From assembly GCA_041395025.1 (NCBI GenBank), contig JAWLBH010000001.1, forward strand, positions 330,001 through 362,000: 32,000 nt of DNA, read 5' to 3'. Of this stretch, positions 27,500-32,000 are shown in pieces (the first letter of the stretch is position 1; every line of letters starts with the position of its first letter). The notes beneath the pieces were generated by a model. It was given only the letters and a program-made list of their open reading frames with translations. It had not been told where the DNA came from and made no database searches. Made by a program: the position numbers and the translations under genes. The DNA comes from Chlamydiales bacterium. GTDB lineage: Bacteria > Chlamydiota > Chlamydiia > Chlamydiales > JAAKFR01.

Positions 27500-28423
27500 A
27501 TGCGATATCTCTTTGTTTTTCTTATACTCATATCAGTATGTTTATTTGGTCAAAATCAAGAGAATCACTGGACTTATAATGGTGACTATCCTCTATTTGA
27601 TCTCGAGAATACTCCCTCTCCTGCCTATCCTTGCTCTCTAAGTTTTCAGTATGTGAATGCACATAACACAACATTCCGTACACCTAGTCTTTATGGTAAA
27701 AATCTAAAATACCTGCAATGGGATGCTGCTTTTGCTTACACTCATTCTCTTAGCAATTACTCTGGTCTGATCTTTGGAACAGGTTGGGTGGGCACCGAAA
27801 TTAATATGGAAGATAATCCCGAATTTTCGAATCCTTTCTTTAAATATGTAAATTTCTCAATTGGTGGATTTACCAAAGCATATGATCACTGGACCTGGAC
27901 ATCAACATTGGCTGCCTTCTTTGATGTTGAGAAATTGTCTCTTGCAGATTACACACTCTATCAGTTTGTGTTATGGGGAAAGTATGATTTTTCTGAATCC
28001 TTAGAACTGGATTTTGGCTTCATCCTTGAACTCGGTCTTTGCAAAGAAAAAATTTGGCCTATCATTGGATTTACTTATCTTCCTGCAAAAAAATGGCAGA
28101 TTCATGCTGTCTATCCAATTAATCTTTCGGTAAATTATCTATTCTCATCGAATTGGATGATTAATGGGTCGATTCGCCTGTTGCGTAATCGATATCGACT
28201 GCAGAATTGGGAGATAAATTCGCGAGGTGTTCTTGAATATTACACCTCAGGTGCTGAAGTGGATTTAATCTTTAATCCTTTTCAATGGGCTTCTTTGAAG
28301 GGATTTATTGGACACACTTTTGATGGAGCTTTAAAGATTGCCGATGCAAATGATAAAAATGGGACTTATTACAAATTTAAAGGATCTCTTTACTCTGGAT
28401 TAAGCGTGGTCGTCAGTTTTTAA
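27500..28423 (+). CDS. putative outer-membrane beta-barrel protein
   Basis: Signal peptide MRYLFVFLILISVCLFG. Aromatic-rich alternating pattern. C-terminus ...GLSVVVSF ends in Phe. Starts 3 nt after the rnhC stop. Confidence 0.55.
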   Translation: MRYLFVFLILISVCLFGQNQENHWTYNGDYPLFDLENTPSPAYPCSLSFQYVNAHNTTFRTPSLYGKNLKYLQWDAAFAYTHSLSNYSGLIFGTGWVGTEINMEDNPEFSNPFFKYVNFSIGGFTKAYDHWTWTSTLAAFFDVEKLSLADYTLYQFVLWGKYDFSESLELDFGFILELGLCKEKIWPIIGFTYLPAKKWQIHAVYPINLSVNYLFSSNWMINGSIRLLRNRYRLQNWEINSRGVLEYYTSGAEVDLIFNPFQWASLKGFIGHTFDGALKIADANDKNGTYYKFKGSLYSGLSVVVSF

Positions 28424-28441
28424 TACTTGACCTTATATAAA

Positions 28442-28467
28442 AAGGGAGGGAAAAACATCCCTCCTTT
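28442..28467. terminator. bidirectional hairpin terminator between convergent genes
   Basis: AAGGGAGGG-aaaaacat-CCCTCCTTT is a 9-bp stem with one G-T pair. T-runs follow it on both strands. Confidence 0.5.
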
Positions 28468-28471
28468 AAAC

Positions 28472-28696
28472 TTATTTTCCCTTTTTACAACTAATCTGGC
28501 AACAAGCAAGCATCTTGAAAAAAGAACAACACCATAACCCTGCTAAACCAACAAGAGTATAGATAATCCGACTCATTGATGAACTGGCTCCGTCAAAAAT
28601 ATTTGCAACCATATCAATCTGAAAAATTCCCCATATTCCCCAATTCAACGCCCCTACAATCACCAAAATTAATGCCACCCAATGAATAAATCTCAT
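28472..28696 (-). CDS. DUF378-family small membrane protein with Cys-rich tail
   Basis: WVALILVIVGALNWGIWGIFQIDMVANIF...SRIIYTLVGLAGLW matches the DUF378 pattern. The tail reads CCSFFKMLACCQISCKKGK. Confidence 0.8.
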   Translation of the reverse strand: MRFIHWVALILVIVGALNWGIWGIFQIDMVANIFDGASSSMSRIIYTLVGLAGLWCCSFFKMLACCQISCKKGK

Positions 28697-28740
28697 TTTT
28701 GCCTCCTATTTGGATATGATCTATATTAGAACTATCCTCT

Positions 28741-29631
28741 TTAATCATTTAATCGCAAATATTTTTTTAAACATGGCTCAATATCGGGATATTGAAAATA
28801 AAATCCATATTTTAATAAGCAATCTGGATATGCATGAATACTAGACATAAACATATCTGATCCATCACCAAAAATCATCGATAGAATCCATCGAGGAATT
28901 TTTAATAGTTTAGATTTTCCAAATAAAGAGGCTAAAATTTTTGTAAATTCTAGATTTGAAACAGCATAGGGAGAAGAAAAATTAACCGGACCAGAAATTT
29001 CTTTATGTTGAATAATAAATTGAATCGCTGCAATCAAATCATCTATAGCGATCCAACTCATCATCTGATCACCTTGACCAAATACCCCTCCTATTCCAAT
29101 AGAAAAAGGTTTTTTGATTAGCTTTAATATCCCTCCATTTTCCCCTAAAACCATTCCAAAACGCATAAGTATGACACGTACCCCTTTCTTAACCAAGATA
29201 TTAGGAATTTTTTCCCATTCAAGACAGACTTCGGCTAAAAAATCTCTTCCCGGCGAACTCGATTCCTTTAGAACTTCTTTTTTTCGATCACCATAAAATC
29301 CTATTGCAGAAGCATTAAAATAGAGATGAGGCAAAGAATCCAATTCAAGTAAGAGATCACATAGAAACTGTGTTGCACAAAAACGGCTTTGAGAGATACG
29401 CAGCTTTTTTTTTTGATTCCACCTCCCAACAATCCTTTCACCCGTCAAATTAATCACAATATCGGCACCAAGGAAAATCGAACGATCTACTTCCTTAGCT
29501 TCAGGATTCCAAAAAACCTCTCCCTGACGAGGATGACGGGATAATAAAACCAACTCAACCCCTTCTTTGTTAAAAGCAGCAGCTAATCTTGAACCAATAA
29601 ATCCATTACTTCCTGCAATTATAATTTTCAT
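28741..29631 (-). CDS. YfcH-like SDR-family epimerase (NAD-binding Rossmann plus DUF1731-type C-terminus)
   Basis: MKIIIAGSNGFIGSRL is a GxxGxxG motif. GQGDQMMSWIAIDDL is typical of the YfcH/TIGR01777 group. Confidence 0.8.
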   Translation of the reverse strand: MKIIIAGSNGFIGSRLAAAFNKEGVELVLLSRHPRQGEVFWNPEAKEVDRSIFLGADIVINLTGERIVGRWNQKKKLRISQSRFCATQFLCDLLLELDSLPHLYFNASAIGFYGDRKKEVLKESSSPGRDFLAEVCLEWEKIPNILVKKGVRVILMRFGMVLGENGGILKLIKKPFSIGIGGVFGQGDQMMSWIAIDDLIAAIQFIIQHKEISGPVNFSSPYAVSNLEFTKILASLFGKSKLLKIPRWILSMIFGDGSDMFMSSIHAYPDCLLKYGFYFQYPDIEPCLKKYLRLND

Positions 29632-29755
29632 TGGGATCCATTGTGCGAATCAATTCCCCAAAAGAGATCAAGTACAACTCGTTGACCTATCTATTGAGAA
29701 TCCAATCAGTTTTTTTTATTGAAATTAATCTTAATTCAAAGCAAAATTTCTCTCT

Positions 29756-30049
29756 ATGTCTGATATATCTAAAGAAAAAGTCGATATCCTGAGTCAACTT
29801 TGTCGGATCCAGTTATCAGAAGCAGAATCTGCAGAGATTTTTCGAGACCTTGACCAAGTGTTAGATTATGTCAACCAACTCCGAGAGGTCAGTACTGATG
29901 ATTTAATTCCTTATAATCATTTTGATGCGCAAGGAATTGATTCGCTACATGAGGATAAAATAGGCCAACATCTTTCACACGAAGAATTTTTAAATAATGC
30001 CCCTGAAAAAGTAGGTGGAAGGATTCGTATTCCACCTGTCATACGATAA
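29756..30049 (+). CDS. gatC: Asp/Glu-tRNA(Asn/Gln) amidotransferase subunit C
   Basis: 97 aa. VDILSQLCRIQLSEAE...LDYVNQL pattern. Sits upstream of gatA. Confidence 0.9.
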   Translation: MSDISKEKVDILSQLCRIQLSEAESAEIFRDLDQVLDYVNQLREVSTDDLIPYNHFDAQGIDSLHEDKIGQHLSHEEFLNNAPEKVGGRIRIPPVIR

Positions 30050-30066
30050 TATTACTAATTGATGTG

Positions 30067-31530
30067 ATGTACAAAGCAACAGCTCAAGAAATTCATAAAG
30101 ACTTATGTAGAAAACGCGTTTCTGCTCAAGACATTATAAAATATTATTTACAACGTATTGATAAGTTTGATCCTCAGATAGGGGCTTTCTTATCAGTTTT
30201 TCATGAACGTGCTCTTAAAAAAGCTCAATTTATCGATCAAAAAATTGCAAGAGGAGAACCTCTTGGCAAATTAGCTGGTATTCCCATTGGAATTAAAGAT
30301 AACATCCATCTCAAAGGAGAAGTCACTACATGTGCTTCCAAGTTTTTAGTTAATTACCGTGCTGTTTTTGATGCAACTGTAACACGTCTTCTTGAACAAG
30401 AAGATGCGATCATTTTAGGTAAGCTTAATCTCGATGAATTTGGAATGGGTTCTTCAACAGAACATTCTGCATTACAAGAAACCCATAATCCTTGGAATCT
30501 TTCATGCGTTCCTGGTGGTTCATCTGGTGGTTCATCGGCTGCAATTAGTGCGCGTCTTTGCCCTATTACTTTAGGAAGTGACACTGGAGGCTCTGTACGA
30601 CAGCCTGCTGCTTTCTGTGGTTGTGTTGGCTTTAAACCAACCTATGGCCGAGTATCTCGTTATGGCCTTGTGGCATTTGCTTCTTCACTTGATCAGATTG
30701 GCCCTATGGCTACAAATACAAAAGACATTGGGATGGTAATGGAAGTCATTGGCCAGAAGGATTCACACGATGCAACTACCTTCCCCAGACATCCCGAAGA
30801 CTATCTTGCAATGATGAATGGAGAAATTAAAGGAAAACGTATTGGAGTCCCCTGGGCTTTTTTAGAAGATCTTCATTCCGAAAGCAAAGAACTGTTTTTA
30901 GAGGCAATTGAAGTCCTAAAAAGACTTGACTGTCAAATTGTAAGTATTGATTTGAATATTTTGAAATATTCAGTTGCAACCTATTATATTATTGCTACTG
31001 CTGAAGCTTCAACGAATTTAGCCCGTTTTGATGGAATTTGCTATGGTGTTCGTTCTCCTCGTGCTCAAACTCTAGAACAGATTTATGACTATTCACGTAC
31101 CGAAGGTTTTGGAAAAGAAGTTAAAAAGCGGATTTTTCTTGGGACATACGTACTGTCCTCTGGCTATAAAGATGCCTATTATAAGCAAGCGACTAAGGTA
31201 CGTGTGAAAATCATTGAAACGCTAAATCATGCTTTTGAAAAATGTGACATTATTGCAACACCAGTCTCTCCAATAACTGCCTTTGAAAAAGGAACAATTA
31301 ATGATCCTCTTCAACTTTATCTCCAAGATATTTATACAATTGGATTTAATTTAGCACATTTACCTGCGATTTCAGTTCCTTGTGGTTTTAATAAAGATAA
31401 AAAACCTTTTGGATTACAACTGATCGGTCCAAAACATGCAGATGTAGCAGTTTGCCGTATTGCACATGCATATGAACAAGCAACTTCTTACACAGAAGCA
31501 ATCCCTCCACAATTTGATCGAGAGGCTTAG
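30067..31530 (+). CDS. gatA: Asp/Glu-tRNA(Asn/Gln) amidotransferase subunit A
   Basis: Amidase signature GGSSGGSSAAISA and GSDTGGSVRQPAAFCG. The track starts at GTG 30064. The ATG is the next codon. Confidence 0.95.
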   Translation: MYKATAQEIHKDLCRKRVSAQDIIKYYLQRIDKFDPQIGAFLSVFHERALKKAQFIDQKIARGEPLGKLAGIPIGIKDNIHLKGEVTTCASKFLVNYRAVFDATVTRLLEQEDAIILGKLNLDEFGMGSSTEHSALQETHNPWNLSCVPGGSSGGSSAAISARLCPITLGSDTGGSVRQPAAFCGCVGFKPTYGRVSRYGLVAFASSLDQIGPMATNTKDIGMVMEVIGQKDSHDATTFPRHPEDYLAMMNGEIKGKRIGVPWAFLEDLHSESKELFLEAIEVLKRLDCQIVSIDLNILKYSVATYYIIATAEASTNLARFDGICYGVRSPRAQTLEQIYDYSRTEGFGKEVKKRIFLGTYVLSSGYKDAYYKQATKVRVKIIETLNHAFEKCDIIATPVSPITAFEKGTINDPLQLYLQDIYTIGFNLAHLPAISVPCGFNKDKKPFGLQLIGPKHADVAVCRIAHAYEQATSYTEAIPPQFDREA

Positions 31531-32000
31531 ATGGATCCATCTATCTACAATGATTGGGAACCTGTTATTGGACTAGAAATCCATGTGGAGCTTAATACAA
31601 AATCCAAGCTTTTTAGTTCTGCTGCAAATCGATTTGGAGATGAACCAAATACTAATATCTCAGAAGTCTGTACTGGACAACCTGGTACACTGCCAATCCT
31701 AAATAAAGGAGCCGTTGATAAAGCTGTTCTATTCGGATGTGCCATCAAGGCTAATATCGCAAAATACAGTCGGTTTGATCGTAAATCTTATTTCTATCCT
31801 GATAGCCCTCGTAATTTTCAGATTACACAATTCGATATCCCAATTATTACTGGAGGGACTGTAGTTGCTGATGTCGATGGTCTTCCCAAATCATTTGGTA
31901 TTCATCAAGCTCATCTCGAAGATGATGCTGGGATGCTTAAGCATTTCTCTCATTTTACAGGGATAGACTATAACCGAGCGGGTGTTCCTTTAATTGAAAT
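31531..32000 (+). CDS. gatB: Asp/Glu-tRNA(Asn/Gln) amidotransferase subunit B; 3' end beyond the window
   Basis: Own translation gives [29 protein letters not shown]...[18 protein letters not shown]...HLEDDAGM. The ATG immediately follows the gatA stop. Confidence 0.95.
   Translation, partial: MDPSIYNDWEPVIGLEIHVELNTKSKLFSSAANRFGDEPNTNISEVCTGQPGTLPILNKGAVDKAVLFGCAIKANIAKYSRFDRKSYFYPDSPRNFQITQFDIPIITGGTVVADVDGLPKSFGIHQAHLEDDAGMLKHFSHFTGIDYNRAGVPLIE

Noticed and set aside
19152-31748. Other short track ORFs: 19152-19334, 19866-20060, 21144-21344, 22493-22675, 22791-23051, 24570-24824, 25477-25668, 29114-29296, 30354-30584 and 31545-31748
   Set aside because: Each is antisense or out of frame within a confidently assigned housekeeping gene. 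None has a motif or RBS that argues for a real overlapping gene.
1-32000. Scan for CRISPR arrays, rRNA, IS elements or transposases, toxin-antitoxin pairs or a multi-gene defense system
   Set aside because: I saw no regularly spaced repeats, no rRNA-like conserved blocks, no transposase-like ORF and no terminal inverted repeats. The only accessory cluster is the decayed tRNA-Ser island. RhuM alone is not sufficient to call a defense system.

Overview
AT-rich bacterial chromosome that looks like a Chlamydiae genome, probably an environmental or amoeba-associated lineage. This assignment rests on gene content and on gene order as I recall it from Chlamydia trachomatis CT830-CT841 (ytqB-like, murB, infC-rpmI-rplT-pheS, a large hypothetical, two LptF/G-family permeases, tilS, ftsH) and CT002-CT009 (gatCAB, RNase HIII, rodZ). 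No search was run. Most of the window is densely packed housekeeping genes, several with overlapping stop and start codons. The one clearly accessory segment is a decaying integrative island of about 3.6 kb (9560-13228). It is bracketed by a 53-bp direct repeat of the 3' half of tRNA-Ser(UGA). It carries a RhuM-family gene with an in-frame premature stop, a ferritin-like di-iron (2x ExxH) protein of unknown function, a 5'-truncated bioA relic, a Tn916-Xis-like HTH gene and a probable eroded tyrosine-integrase remnant. Other items worth a second look are an Inc-like two-TM protein with C-terminal FEDL repeats, a 714-aa lineage-specific hypothetical in a conserved block, an FtsH with a ~335-aa periplasmic coiled-coil insert, and an alanine racemase inserted into that block. 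I found no CRISPR array, rRNA, intact transposase or intact integrase. I see no convincing complete multi-gene novel system; the island is a relic, and its di-iron protein is the least explained part. Several ORF-track starts use GTG or TTG and were re-set to downstream ATGs with Shine-Dalgarno support.
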